A stretch of DNA of 64,000 nt from Nitrospirales bacterium (GCA_965203295.1 CBDBCZ010000018.1:1792001-1856000); one strand, 5' to 3'. Shown: positions 26,751-41,358, counted from the stretch's first letter. Numbers and translations are program-made. The notes: generated by a model from the letters alone, not told the origin.

Positions 26751-29153
26751 CATTATAGCACACTGAATAATAAAAGTTTTAAAGAGATCATTTAAAAATG
26801 AAAGAGCACGTAGGGATGGAATCGCAAAAAAGTAACCAAACAAGGTAGCAATGACACAACAGAGCTTGATTCTACAACCCCATCCCTAACCCTGCATGAA
26901 TGCAATTAGTGCCTGGCATGCCCGTATTTTACTTCTGAACTCTTGTGTCCAAGTGACAGGTAACAACATACATAGAAAGCATTCACATACAGCATTCAAA
27001 TACAGCAATAAAAGAACATAGGTAAAACAATATCACTTATCAGATGATAAAGGCACATGTATCTGACATGTTCATTTCACTTCCAACCTACACAGAAATA
27101 ATCAAATGTGTTACTATATATACACAATATGTTATAGCTAAACCATCCCCTAGACACTTTTACCAGTAATCAGGAGACTGTTCCAGGTAAACCAGCAATA
27201 CATGAGACACTTTTAGTAATGGTCCCAAGGCTCATGGCATGAGTTACAAGAATGTTCTAAGTTACAATGATACAATCAATGTACATATTGCTACACTAGA
27301 CGAAGTTAAGTGTTTCAGCAAATTACAAATTCTGTCCATAGTGGCTATCTTGCCATAATACATGTCTGTACTATTTTCCGACCATAAGCAACACTTAATT
27401 CTACTCATGATCATGTGACCTTCAACAGATCAGAAGTCTCAAAATCGATCACATGAGTGTGCATTAAATTGCTTAATTCACACATACGTAGTAGCTAATG
27501 TAGTATGGTTTGTACACTCTCCCAGAAGCTTCTGAAATAGTTTTCCACAAAAAAAGAAACAAAATATAGCTGTCCTGGGCAAAGTCCACGACAACTATAA
27601 CTTAGTACCAGCTGGGGTGCACTTCATGTTTATCTGGGTGGTAAAAACTACAAATAGTGCTCCCAGAATAGATCGGTTTAATATTATATACACAAACATA
27701 GCACAACCTACCAACTAGCATAAGTCTTTCAGACTCAAGTAGTTCCGGGGAATCTTTCAGCCTGCATGTACATGTAGATGAACGGCACTGACTTTATTTA
27801 TGCACGTCTAGCATAGCAGTTACAGCTGTGCACGGTTTACACTTACAGTATCGTGCAGTCATGGTTTATTAGTGGACGTCACATCCGTTACACACGCACA
27901 GGCGCACACAGAACCAAATGTAAAGTATAGATGCATACCTCATTCTGGAGCTACTGTGCTACACTGACCGTATTCTCTGTAGGCATCTATAGTTTGCTTC
28001 TTATATGACATAATTTAGACACACTTCCAAGTTAAAATTCCCACTATCAGATTGTGTACATGTTGTCATTAAATAAGTTACCTTCGCAGAAGTGAAATGC
28101 TGTTTTCATTTACTGCTTCTCCATCAGATAACACAGTTGACGTGATTGTAATGTCAGAGGCAGAAGAATGAATGGCTGTGCACGACTCCTACAGTGTGAA
28201 TCAATGGTTGTACACTGCACTACTATGTATTCCAGCAACCCCAGCAAGCTTTCTCTGTAATTACTACTACATGGTGATCTTTATCAAGGCAGTTACTACA
28301 AAAGCACTATTGTGTATCAACTGCCTGATGTACAGGCACCCCAAAATCAGAGCAACAATCTAGGATGAACAGGTGTAATTTCTTACCCTAATATGCAATG
28401 TTTGCAGGAAGAACTTAAGACTAGAAAAAACTAAGCACACGATATGTAATTCTAGATAACATGCAGATTAAGCTAAAAACATTATATTATACCTACCATA
28501 TGAGGTGCACTGATAGTTGCATGATAACCTAATAAAAAAAAACATAAGCATTATGAACAAAGCATTATTGAAGCATCATAGACTATTGTTGTTAACAAGC
28601 TGAATATTCTGATCAGGCTCTTCCCCTGTTACATGAAGGCTGGCCAGTAACAAACTGCACAGTTGCCAGGCAGTTAAGGTGCCAAGAACACTCAACTCTG
28701 CAACACCGTGGTGAAATACTACCCTTTCACTTGGCAACTCTACATTCCTGTGAACTCATTAATTCAGCGCTGTTTCATCGTTACAGTGCACCCGAGGCTA
28801 CAGGAAAGCACCTGCACCTAGCTGTTACAATGTATTCATTTATATGCACAGGTGCTTTCACCAATATTTTTCATAGGCTCCTGCTTCAAATGGGAGAATC
28901 AAAGTCGTAACTCTATCTACTGAGTTAGAGATACAATTATTTCGCTGGTATCTAGTCTTGTTGCCATGCAGTCACCGTTGTGTAGCTTTTAATACATGCA
29001 TGTGTAGTGTACTTTCATCTGTTCATGCAACAAGATACATGTAGATATCTGCAGTCACATTTTATGTTAAACATCCAAGGCTTTGTTTAGCAACCGGTCA
29101 CTTAATACATCTGTAGAACACATCAGCGTTGCGAGACTGTTTCATCCTATATA

Positions 29154-29612
29154 CCGTATAGCCGGAAAATTTGGTGAGGACTTTTATTTGGCGGTTTGGC
29201 GAATCGTAAAAAAATCATTAAATTAAATTCTCACCAAATTAAATTCTAACGCATTATGTAATACGTAACACCCACGCGCGCATGCAGCTACAAAAAAGAA
29301 GGTTCCCACTCCACGTACATGTTTCCCCTCGTCCGGGAAGGATATTAAACTCGCGAACAAAGCTGTAAAGTGCTCCCTATCTGGAGACTCGAAGCATGTC
29401 ACAGTCATCTCGAGGCAAGTATAACACTAGTCTTACACGCCAGAAGGGCACAAATTGGAAAGTATGCCGCTGACAACAGAGTGACAAAGGCCGCTACACT
29501 CTTTTCGAAGCTTTTGGATAGTAAGATCAGTGAGCCCAATGCCTCCATTCTCGATTTCAGTGACAAAAACTTTACATTTTCAGCAGCGTTGCCAAATTTT
29601 CCGGCTATAAGG
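29154..29612 (+). mobile_element. Internally deleted pogo/Tc1-mariner-type DNA transposon
   Basis: TA flanks; 21-bp TIRs ccgtatagccggaaaatttgg / ccaaattttccggctataagg (1 mismatch); internal RRAQIGKYAADNRVTKAATLFSKLL resembles a pogo-like transposase N-terminal HTH. Confidence 0.75.
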
Positions 29613-31120
29613 TAAGTAACTAAAACATATGACTGCACAAACTCACAGCGGATTTCTAGCAAAACCTAATTACCAGAACTGCTACATACATTGTACCTAT
29701 CATTCTCTTTGAGTCTACACAACACAAATTTAAGCATGCAAACCTCCGGTAGCTTTTGTTGGGCTACATGCAGGATATACACACAAGCTGCAAAGCAACA
29801 GACTACATTTGCATAGTTATAGTCACTTGAAAGGCATCACCACAGTGTACAAACCCCATGTACTTGGGCTGGTGCCTTTCAAGCCAGGGTCCATATATAC
29901 ACTACCCTAGGGTGCATGAGGGTTGCTGGGCAATTGTGATCTCAAAAGTTGTGAGTCTTCTCTGGGCCTTCCCCCTAAAAAGACACAACTGCCCTTGGGT
30001 ACAAATCCCCTACACCTAGAAACCCAAATGCAAAACTGCAGACATACAGATAGGCACAGAGACCACCTGGCAGATCATCTATTCCCAGTCTGTAGTTTGG
30101 AAAAACCTTTCATATTACGGAACTGTAATGGTGAGAACTAACCTATTGATTGAGGAGAATCGTAGTATGGACTATGGGGACAGTAGTTCTTGCGATCTAC
30201 AGCTTTCATACTTGCTTCTACTCTGGGACTTTGAATGATGTGTTGTTCTAGCCGGTACAGAAAAACATGTTCGAATGTAATATACATGTTCTGAAAGTAT
30301 TGCTTACACATGTTAATTAGCTTTATACACAATGGGCCACTTTTGAAGTCATATATTGGCAGCTCATGAACCATTTTCACCCCATCAGAATCCTCTTAGC
30401 ACAGAATCCTTGGGCACTAGCTGCCTTTGCACATAGAGTACAACGCATGTACATGTATACCCACCACTTGTAATGCATACGAACATTTCTCAATTCTTAA
30501 AGAAAACTGTTATAAAATAATCATACAACAACACATTTTTAAGTGAATCCTATAGAGTGCTACTACTGTATCTATGAGAATGTATGTGGACTCCAAAGTT
30601 GGGTTCTCCACAGGAAGCTGATGACTGAGCAAAAGTTACCTCAGGATATACTGATCCAGAACTGATTCTACTGTAGTGCTAGTCTCATTCCCAGGCCTCC
30701 ACACAGCTTTTGTCGCTTGCAGTAACGAGGCTACTGCAGTGCAACTAATACTAATGTGCCTATTACATGTACATATTGATAACCAACTGCTACACAAGCT
30801 TTGGTCCCCCATCCCGGACCAAATCTATCAGGAGCAGTATAAAACAAATCGGTACCGCCAAAAAAGAAATAGTCCCTCTTGATTAGCATTAGGGAGCCAT
30901 TCCTTTCAGCTGTGTGTACAAGAAATGGTGCCAAATGTATCACTGCAATCACCTCTATCCACAAGCAGGAAGTCCTTGAAATTAGGATAACATACCTTTC
31001 TGTTTTTCTCAACTTTGTATGTAGTGCAGCTCTAGCTATCTTTTAGAACTTTTTGGACAATGCGCTGCAGCCCTCTTGATAGAAATTTGTAAACTACATA
31101 TACCTGCCCTACCAGCTCAC

Positions 31121-31198
31121 ATTCATTTGTTGCTGTCTTTCCCATTCCATTTCAGCAAATTTCACTCGTAGCGTGGCTTGGTTGCATAGTGCCATTGG
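31121..31198 (-). pseudogene. Orphan exon PMALCNQATLRVKFAEMEWERQQQMN
   Basis: tataag acceptor after a pyrimidine run, gtgagc donor, 78 nt in frame. Confidence 0.35.
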
Positions 31199-31752
31199 CT
31201 TATAAGGGAAATCATGACAGGAACAGAGTGATCATCCTACTAGGAAGGGGGACCGAATTACGCATTTCTAGACCACTACCTCAAAGCCTCATCTACTGTC
31301 TCAGTAATCTTCAGTACCTCTACACAGTTTCACTTCCCACTCAGTGCCTAGTAGTAATCTAGGATACACTTCTCATCCTCTTGACTCTATATACACAACA
31401 ACCGCTTAAGTTTGCACCTATTCCTCCTGCCTTTCAAAAATTCTACCCCTATAACTTCCTTTATTGTTTCATTGTATATTTAATTTAATTTTTAGAAGAC
31501 CAGCCAAGTATCTTTTAGCTGCTCCTACGTAGCTGAATAGATTCTAAAGAAGCTGCCTCCATATTACAAGCTCACACTTCACTACCATCCTCTAAAGTGG
31601 GGCAAAGTACCAATATTAACACTCCAACTGCATTGATATTTCTAAGTTTTTTCTTTCCACTTTAATTACCCTCTGTACATGATTGTATCATGACCAATTC
31701 AATGCCCAAGTAACAGTAAATTGCAACCCTTTTACATATCTCCCCACTTCCA

Positions 31753-31835
31753 TTGTGAACTCTTCCAGAGAAGAAAGCTTTCTCAGAGAGTAAAGAAATC
31801 CCGAAAAATCGGGACCCAGCTGGGGATTGAACCTG
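31753..31835 (-). mobile_element. Fragment of a second tRNA-derived SINE within a LINE remnant
   Basis: Minus strand ggttcaatccccagctgggtcccgattttt (B-box plus acceptor-stem half); absent from the paralogs at ~6265 and ~20900. Confidence 0.45.
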
Positions 31836-31876
31836 AACAGTTAACCTATTTAGAAAATATCATAACAGCACTCTTT

Positions 31877-32864
31877 GTATAGCTTAGAGCACGGGCAGCT
31901 ATGTTCTAACTAGGCCGAGGCGAAGCCGAGGTCTAGTTAGAACACAGAGCTGCCCATGCTCTGAGCCATTTAGTATATGCACATCTTCAGCTTCTTATGC
32001 TCTATGGGATTCTTACTATCTATTATTACGCCTGGTTGTGTCTGTGTGTTCGTTCGTCCGTTCGTTCGTTCGTCCATCCATGCGTACGTGTGAAAAACGG
32101 AAACGGAAGCCGCATGCGTGCGCTCCCGGATGAACTTTCACCTGTGACCAGAGAAGTTCACGGTCACAGGTCAAAGTACCACGTGTCTGTATTTAAGTGC
32201 GAGATGATGCTAGCTCTTTCCAGCGACTACAAGCCGTTGTTTCACGATGTCAGGCACTTTTTCACAAAGAATAGTGGCGGTATAGTGAAAGCCAAGCAGA
32301 GATATAACTGCTGTGCTAGGCTAACCACATCGATGTGCATTAAATGGAGTCGGTGCCGTTCGCCTGAGCTGCATGTAGCCTGTGGTATAGCTAGGCTACA
32401 GTGCTAGCTTACCTTTGAGGTCTAGCAGCTGTTTGTAGTCTCTCCTCTGAGTCACTGCCTCCGGTAGAATGTGGTGTGCACATTTACTGACATTGAACTT
32501 TTCTTATTATGTATGAACATGCAAGTAGCCATGCTGAGAATAGAATCTGCCATTCACTTACACGATACACTAGGCCATGGCTGTGAAGAGCGAGGCTATA
32601 GTCCTATACTGATTACAGTTTATTGTAATTTTCTCTGTAACACTGTCTCCACGTTTCAGTCTGCCAGCAACACTACTAGCTAAATGTACCCTACAAACCA
32701 ACAAATCACATGCAGATTACATGTTTAATCTGCATCTGTACAGAGCGAGTGCAGCGAGCGAGTTCAACACACACAAGTAGTTGTGCGAGCGAAGCAAGCA
32801 CAACTACTTGTATTCTATGAAAATTATTCCATGCACTTGTTACAATAGTAACATAATATACTAA
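31877..32864. mobile_element. 988-bp insertion without TSD, bounded by subterminal hairpins
   Basis: Splits gcactcttt|tttaatg, which is contiguous in the paralog at ~6312-6327; hairpins at 31882-31967 and 32773-32811. Confidence 0.7.
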
Positions 32865-35800
32865 TTTAATGTTGGACTTCAACCTCGGTTTATTACAAAA
32901 TTCTTATACTATGTTTGTAAGTCCTCAGCAGTAGTAGTTACATTAGACCCCCACTCTTATTAACATCATTCTTAATAGTTATTCCAATCCCAGCTTTATC
33001 TAATTGATAGATAAATACAAGTCTATCCATACAGTTCGATATAAACACGTGTTTAGAACCCACATACATGCCAGCCCTCGGTGGCAATCGAGTGTTTGAC
33101 TCTATTAAAAATGGTGGGCCTTACCCTGTTAAATAAGAAAGAGTGGAGAGTAGAAACCGCTTTTGGTATAACTATCAGGTACCCAAATTTAGAGTCGGAT
33201 TTAGCAATTGTTAAGCCCTGCAAATCACTAGATTGCAATTTTTTCATTGTACAGAACCAATTGCTTAACCCTGCCGCATATGCATGGGGTAAAAATGGAA
33301 AATAGAATAGGTGACATACTAAGTACAACCCTGTTCCACCCCTGGCTTATATCTGATTTTTCTCCATCCAAGGCCAGAAATGTGGCTTATGGCTTATGTT
33401 ATGGATAGGAGTAGGTGGGCCTTACCCTGAGCATGCAAACTTAAGGTTCTGTGATGTGCCAGTGAATATGTATGGTCATAGGAGGGCATCTACATAATTA
33501 CAAAGAGAAACTGAGCTAAACAAGTCAGCTGCCACGTGAATACAGCTATATGCTAAGAGCAGAACAAACAAGAGCATATACGTACAAAGAAAGTGACAAG
33601 GGTACAGTGAAATGTCTAGTTCGCAGTTTTTGAATCAAACAGACGACTGGTCAAACGTACACTTTAATAACTTCCACACTATAGATCTATGTGTGCATTT
33701 TAATAGATCAATAATTATATCATGCCAAGTTCATGGAAACTGGAGGGGCATCTTAACCCTGAATTAATTGAAACAGTAGCTATACAATCATGCCACTCAC
33801 ATGCAAGTTTGATGTAGCTTCCTGACTGCAACAGATTGCATTTATGTCAGTACAGAAATTTGAAATAGCACTGACCTGCGTGGTAGAGGTTTGCAAAGCT
33901 GAAAACTTTATTGTGTAACAGATTGTAATGGGCAAAGGAGTGTTTCTTATATGAAAGGCCTTGCAATTGAAAACATACAACTGTAGAATATTCATAGCGT
34001 CTGGTTCACTAAAGTAGTTTCAAAAGCCAGCCCACTTACATTCTACAGCATCCATCACTTACAGTATTGGCATGTGGAAGAGACATGTGCTGATAGCCTG
34101 ATGCTGACACTCTTCCACATGCCATGCTGATACTGAAAGTAATCCGTTTGATTCTGTGACTACCACTGAAGTTACCACGTGCCCTTAACAGAGACAAGAA
34201 AAGTACAAGTGTAGGCCAGAGCAAGTTGCCACCCCACCCATGCCCCACAGCCCATGCACAGATGACACTCAATCTACTTCCACAACAAATGTACACTTGT
34301 TTACACAACTGTGTGAACAAACAAATATAACTAGGAGGTAAGATGCAAAAAGCCTTGTGTCAAAGTACCATTGGGTAAGTGTTCTACAAATACCTGTCCA
34401 ATCTTACTAATGCATTGCTTCTGATTTGAAAGCATGTCCACTTATGTAATAGGGCCAATGCTCTGTAAGTATACAAACATACTATCATAAGTGAAGTACA
34501 AAGAACTAAAACATGACAGCTATTTGGGCTTTGTCAGTGCAGTGATGGTGTGTGTAGCACCTAGAGCTGACCAGCAGCTACATACAGCTCTTAATTTGAC
34601 TCACACCAGGAAAGCCTCCATGAATTAAAAGTGAACAAAGGTTTTACTGTAGTTTAGCTTTTCTCTGGTCTCCTAATCCTCCAATTACAATAGAAAAACT
34701 ACTGATAAACATGATTTGCTAAATCAACCCAAAAAGTTAGCAACACCCAACAGCCAGACACTGAAGCCAGACACACTAATTTATTCCAGCCCAGTTGCTA
34801 GGGTAGGCTAAGGTACCCCAGTGGTTATTGATAATGACAAGATCATCATTGCAAGACATGTCCAACTACCTCTGTGATTGCACAGCAACATGACTGTTTT
34901 CCAAGAGCGCATATATATAAACTATTATATGCACTCATGCTTTTGACAGATATTGGTATTGTCATTACCACGGATCAGCAGCTGTTTGATAGAGATTCCT
35001 TCAGACCCAGTTACTCACTTATCGGTTCAATAAAGTGACACCTGTTAATTCCAAGTTTCAGCTAACTGTGAGACATGATCCAGCATTGTTCTCAGCTGCT
35101 GGTCGACACTAGCTACCAGGAATCCAATACCTGATTCTGTGAAAGTGTTTAGCCAACTACGTACATTGTATACTATTGCACCTACGAACAAACTGGTGTG
35201 CTTTATTTTAACATTTCTAATTACCTACATAGACAGTTATGTGTATCTCTTATAGCTTCGAATCAAGGCTACGTATATCTCTTACCTGTGCTCTCCCAGT
35301 TCCTTTACTTCATGTGCTTGATTCATTCTTCCCAGCTCCCTGGGATATTGGGGGTATCATCAAATGTGCTGGGAAGGAGTCAATAGTTCCACCTGTACAA
35401 TGTGAAGACACAGCTACTGTACACACTGCCTAGTTCAAGAAAGTGCTGCAGTAACAATAGAGCAATTAGCGATAAACATTTGTGACTTTCCTGATAAGGA
35501 ATATAAACGGAGCTGATCTGCTTGGCTGAGTCAGCCATCTCCTATGCTTATGCATTACATGCATAACTTGTCCTAATATCGCTAGGGTCAAAATAGCTTT
35601 CCGACCACATTCAATAGTGTAATGCCTCTAATTACCTGGGTCCTCACATCACCTTTCTATAAAAGCTAATAATCAACCCTTGTCTCTGATGTTTGAAAAT
35701 ACTCTCCCTTATCCAAACTACCTCATACAAGACTATCAACAGATTAGCCATTCTTTTCTCCCCATACTTAAAAAACTCCCCAACTAGTCCATCATTACCT

Positions 35801-38800
35801 CCCGTTTTATTACTTTTAAGAACACTTTTTGAGCATTCAAACTTAAGGTTCTGTGATGTGCTAGTGAATATGTCATAAGAGGGTATGTACATACATTTAC
35901 AAAGAGAAACTGAGCTAAACAAGTCAGTTGCCACATGATTACAGTTACGTACATGCTAAGAGCTGGACAAACAAGAGCATATATGTACGAAGAAAGTGAC
36001 AAGGGTATAGTGAAATGTCAAGTTCGCAGTTTTTGAATCAAACAGACGACTGGTCAAACGTACAATTTAATAACTTCCACACGATGTATGTGTGCATTTT
36101 AATACATGAGTATGTTGTTTAGTAATTATAAACCAACAAGTCACCCATAGAGGTGGTCTTTCAAGAGTTCCAGTGTTACTCTAAGCTTTTGTTGGGCTAC
36201 ATTGGGATACACACAAGCTGCAAAGCAACAGACCTATATTTGCATAGTTCTAGTCACTTGGAAGGCACCACCACAGTGTACAAACCCCATCTACTTTGGC
36301 AGTGCCTTTCAAGCCAGGGTATACACATCCATATACCCTAGGGTACATGAGGGTTGCTGGGCAACTGTGATAGTCTGTTCTACAAACTGTGAAACAATTA
36401 GCTGGCAAACCAGTTCATATGGGAAAATTAAGCTGTAGACTACTTCTTATTACATTCAGTAGAGTTATTCTAAGGTAGCTGACTCATAGTACTACACATG
36501 TTTCCATAGTAAGCACCAAACTAGAGCAAGCATATAATGCAATCTCTGGTTTTGGTAGTTACATGCACTTGCTAGTTAATAGAAATATTATATATTATAT
36601 CTATTGTTATTCGGAACAACTGGAATCAAGATAGCCAGGATTATAAGGCAACGTTACATGTATTTTATTACGATGTATATTCTGACTTGTATTACTATAA
36701 TTACACGCATTCCTGCAATTTTTCTTTACGATTAATTACTAAACTTATGTAAGACAATTGTGAGGAATCTGACAAACGTTTTGCAAGGTTCTTACACCAG
36801 ATCTTGCAGTAGTCTCGATACGCGAGGCTAATCTTGCAGGACTTCCCTATGAGCCTAGCAAGAATTCACACAAGATTTTAATGCCTACCATCTTGCAAGA
36901 TTTTTGTTGCAAGATGAGAAATCTTGCTAGGGCAGAATGCCTACTGTCATCTTAGTTCTCATGCAGCTACAACATATAGCTCACCAGGCCTGGCAGAATT
37001 TTTCCAGCACTGTCTCTGGCATTCGACATAGGCAAATTATGGGCGCACTCCCACTTTTCAGACATCGCAGCTGTGGTTGAAAGGTAGATATAAGCGCAGT
37101 CTGGCGTAGCTAGCTCTTCGCGAGCTCCATGTAGTTCCGAGTTCTCGCAGCAGCGCTCAGCGTTACGCGCCGCGCACGAAGTCACATGTGGCGCATATGC
37201 GCTTGTAGTTAATCCCAGCATAGCTACAATAGTTATGCATGGTTATTGCATTTATGATCTCAGCCCCGCCCACGAAGCGCATATAGAATCTGGCGCCGGT
37301 GTAAGGGCGATTTGGGGACCCCCGCGATATGGGGACCCCGTCCCAAAAACGCTAGCGATGTGAGGACCCCCACGGGCCCTATTTCGCTAGCGGTACGGGG
37401 ATCCCGTACCGCTATGTATGTACAATTCTCATTCTGTTATCAGCATCTCAGCTAGAGTTGCCAAACTACAGATCACCTGCTTAAAGGTTAGTAAAGTAAT
37501 TGCTCAGGTTCTCTTTTTGGCACTCGGTTGTGAAGTTGGATTAGCAAAGGCATGTCACTGATACCTGTCTTCCTCATAGTCTCGCGAGCCAGCGAGGGGC
37601 TGGCTCACGAGACTATCTTCCTATACTAGTACTAATACTATGAACCAGATTCCTTAACCAGCATTAGATAGCAGTTATTGCTATGTTGATAGAAGGGCTT
37701 CCAAAGATCTAGATTCCATGCTCTAAGGGAAAATTATTTACAAGCATAGACAGTAGAGTACTATAACCCATCATAACCAAGCAGTCTAAACGATAAGCCA
37801 GGTAGCATTTATATATTGATCGGAGTTCTCTTTCCACCAACCATGAATTTGGCGTCTCAAAACCTTCATTGTCAAAGGAATGCTGACTTTTTAACTGCTG
37901 TGCTGCTGTCTTCATCAGGGCAGACATCAATACAGTAGCTACAGGCCAAACCAAAAGCAAAGAATTCAAAGTCTTCGGGATTAGTCTAGCCTACTCAGCT
38001 CCTAGAAGGGAAGCCCTAGCCTCATACCTAGGCCTTCCCTGCACTCGCGAAAGTGCGGGGAAGGCCTGGGTACAAGGCTAGTTATGCCCAGTATTCTTAT
38101 TTATTCTCAAATAGATTTGGTATTCAGAAACAGGAGTACCTTTTCCTTCTCTTCAACTGTGAACTGGATGGTGGGATGTATACCATTGAGTAGTCTCGGT
38201 ACCAGCCCACCTATCAAGTCGGAGATCGCTTACAGTATCCCGCCACTAAGCGATCTCCGACTTGATAGGTGGGCTGGTACCGAGACTAACCATTGAGATG
38301 GTAGTAAATGTTTTGTAGCATTATAGCACACTGAATAATAAAAGTTTTAAAGAAATCATTTAAAAATGAAAGAGCATGTAGGGATGGAATCGCAAAAAAG
38401 TAACCAAACAAGGTAGCAATGACACAACAGAGCTTGATTCTACACCCCCATCCCTAACCCTGCATGAATACAATTAGTGCCTGGCATGCCCGTATTTTAC
38501 TTCTGAACTCTTGTGTCCAAGTGACAGGTAACAACATACATAGAAAGCATTCACATACAGCATTCAACTACAGCAATAAAAGAACATAGGTAAAACAATA
38601 TCACTTATCAGATGATAAGGGCACATGTATCTGTCATGTTCATTTCACTTCCAACCTACACAGAAATAATCAAATGTGTTACTATATATACACAATATGT
38701 TATAGCTAAACCATCCCCTAGACACTTTTACCAGTAATCAGGAGACTGTTCCAGGTAAACCAGCAATACATGAGACACTTTTAGTAATGGTCCCAAGGCT

Positions 38801-40837
38801 CATGGCATGAGTTACGAGAATGTTCTAAGTTACAATGAATGTACATATTGCTACACTAGACGAAGCTTCAGCAAATTACAAATTCTGTCCATAGTGGCTA
38901 TCTTGCCATAATACATGTCTGTACTATTTTCCGACCATAAGCAACACTTAATTCTACTCATGTGACCTTCAACAGATCAGAAGTCTCAAAATCGATCACA
39001 TGAGTGTGCATTAAATTGCTTAGTTCACACATACGTAGTAGCTAATGTAGTATGGTTTGTACACTCTCCCAGAAGCTTCTGAAATAGTTTTCCACAAAAA
39101 AAGAAACAAAATATAGCTGTCCTGGGCAAAGTCCACGACAACTATAACTTAGTACCAGCTGGGGTGCACTTCATGTTTATCTGGGTGGTAAAAACTACAA
39201 ATAGTGCTCCCAGAATAGATCGGTTTAATATTATATACACAAACATAGTACAACCTACCAACTAGCATAAGTCTTTCAGACTCAAGTAGTTCCGGGGAAT
39301 CTTTCAGCCTGCATGTACATGTAGATGAACGGCACTGACTTTATTTTATGCATGTCTAGCATAGCAGTTACGGCTGTGCACGGTTTACACTTACAGTATC
39401 GTGCAATCATGGTTTATTAGTGGACGTCACATCCGTTACACACGCACAGGCGCACACAGAACCAAATGTAAAGTATAGATGCATACCTCATTCTGGAGCT
39501 ACTGTGCTACACTGACCGTATTCTCTGTCGGCATCTATAGTTTGCTTCTTATATGACATAATTTAGACACACTTCCAAGTTAAAATTCCCACTATCAGAT
39601 TGTGTACATGTTGTCATTAAATAAGTTACCTTCGCAGAAGTGAAATGCTGTTTTCATTTACTGCTTCTCCATCAGATAACACAGTTGACTTTTGCGGTGA
39701 TTGTACTGTCAGAGGCAGAAGAATGAATGACTGTGCACGACTCCTACAGTGTGAATCAATAGTTGTACACTGCACTACTATGTATTCCAGCAACCCCAGC
39801 AAGCTTTCTCTGTAATTACTACTACATGGTGATCTTTATCAAGGCAGTTACTACAAAAGCACTATTGTGTATCAACTGCCTGATGTACAGGCACCCCAAA
39901 ATCAGAGCAACAATCTAGGATAAAAAGGTGTAATTTCTTACCCTAATATGCAATGTTTGCAGGAAGAACTTAAGACTAGAAAAAACTAAGCACACGATAT
40001 GTAATTCTAGATAACATGTAGATTAAGCTAAAAACAATATATTATACCTACCATATGAGGTGCACTGATAGTTGCATGATAACCTAATGAAAAAAAACAT
40101 GAGCATTATGTAGCCTCGAACCCAGCCGTCTCTGGCAATGGTCAAGAGATTGTTATATTAATAGTTTTGCGGGTAGTGCCACATACGTAAAAGTAGCAGA
40201 TCTTCAATTAATTAATATTGTTCTTGCACTATGAACATACAAGCATCCATGTCAAATGCCGAAGTCACAAGTGAATGCACACACCTACATAGCTATAGGA
40301 TGCACTCTTAATAGCCTGTCTGCTTGTGTATCTGTACTTTTCTTGTGCATTAAGTACATCATTGCATAGCGAGTACAATAGAAGCTACTGAAAGTTTGTA
40401 GGCCAATTAGCTACATCAGCTTAGTTTCCTAGATAGTGAAGAAGATTTGGAAGCCCACCATGAGTTAGCAGTTCCACTAAATTTAGTTGAGACAGCCTAA
40501 CAAAACACTTCCGTTTACGGCAACATACATTTGCAAGTTGACTGTCCATAGGAGAAGGCAAATACGTTTGCAAGTTGGCTGTCCACAGGAGAAGGTAAAT
40601 AGGCAGTGGCTCTCAAATATTTAACTAGGTTAGGCTGTCGGAATCAAAGGCTAACAGTTACTGCGTACACATACACTGGGAACAGTTCACCTGCCATAGG
40701 AAAGTGATGAGCAGGAGGTAGTTCGTGACCCACCGAGGGATTAGGGGTTTGGGCCTGCATGAGGAAAAAAGCATGGAAGATTTACATCTGATTCACAGAG
40801 TGCCTCTATCACTGTACCTACACACGCAGTGTGTGTG

Positions 40838-40876
<39 letters not shown>

Positions 40877-41358
40877 TGTGAGAGTGTGTGTGTGTGTGTG
40901 TGTGTGTGTGAGTGTGAGTGTGTGTGTGTGTGTGTGTATGTGTGTGTGTGTGTGTGTGTGAGTGTGTGTGTGTGTGTGTGCATGCTATGTACAATCCTCC
41001 ACACCATTGACGATTGGTGTGCTGATAATTATGACAAGCAATCACAGATATGTATAGTAAATCTAGATATCTGCAGCTGGTTGGTATTTTCTTTCTACTT
41101 TTCTAGTAGTCGCATTCCCAGACAGACCTAAAATCTTGTTTCTGTGGTGAAGATAAGCATGCGGCGAGCTCAGTCAGGCTCACCCTGATGTTGTGTTAGC
41201 CTCGAATCCTGGGTTTGAGGCTGCATGATGTCGTATGGCAGTCATCTTGAATATGTATTATATACATGTAGCTATGTATTTGCTAAAAGAGAGTCTTTTC
41301 ATTGTCTTACAATCTTCCAATTGTGTGGTTAAGCCTAACAAGAATGATGTCTACTTAC

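Larger units (their letters stand above)
20457..28555. repeat. Segmental duplication block, copy 1 (paralog 31277-40110; its left part also matches ~5825-8280)
   Basis: Long near-identical stretches; duplicated ORFs 24349/36153, 26144/37709 and 26516/38084. Confidence 0.95.
31277..40110. repeat. Segmental duplication block, copy 2
   Basis: Collinear with 20457-28555 apart from indels and insertions. Confidence 0.95.
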
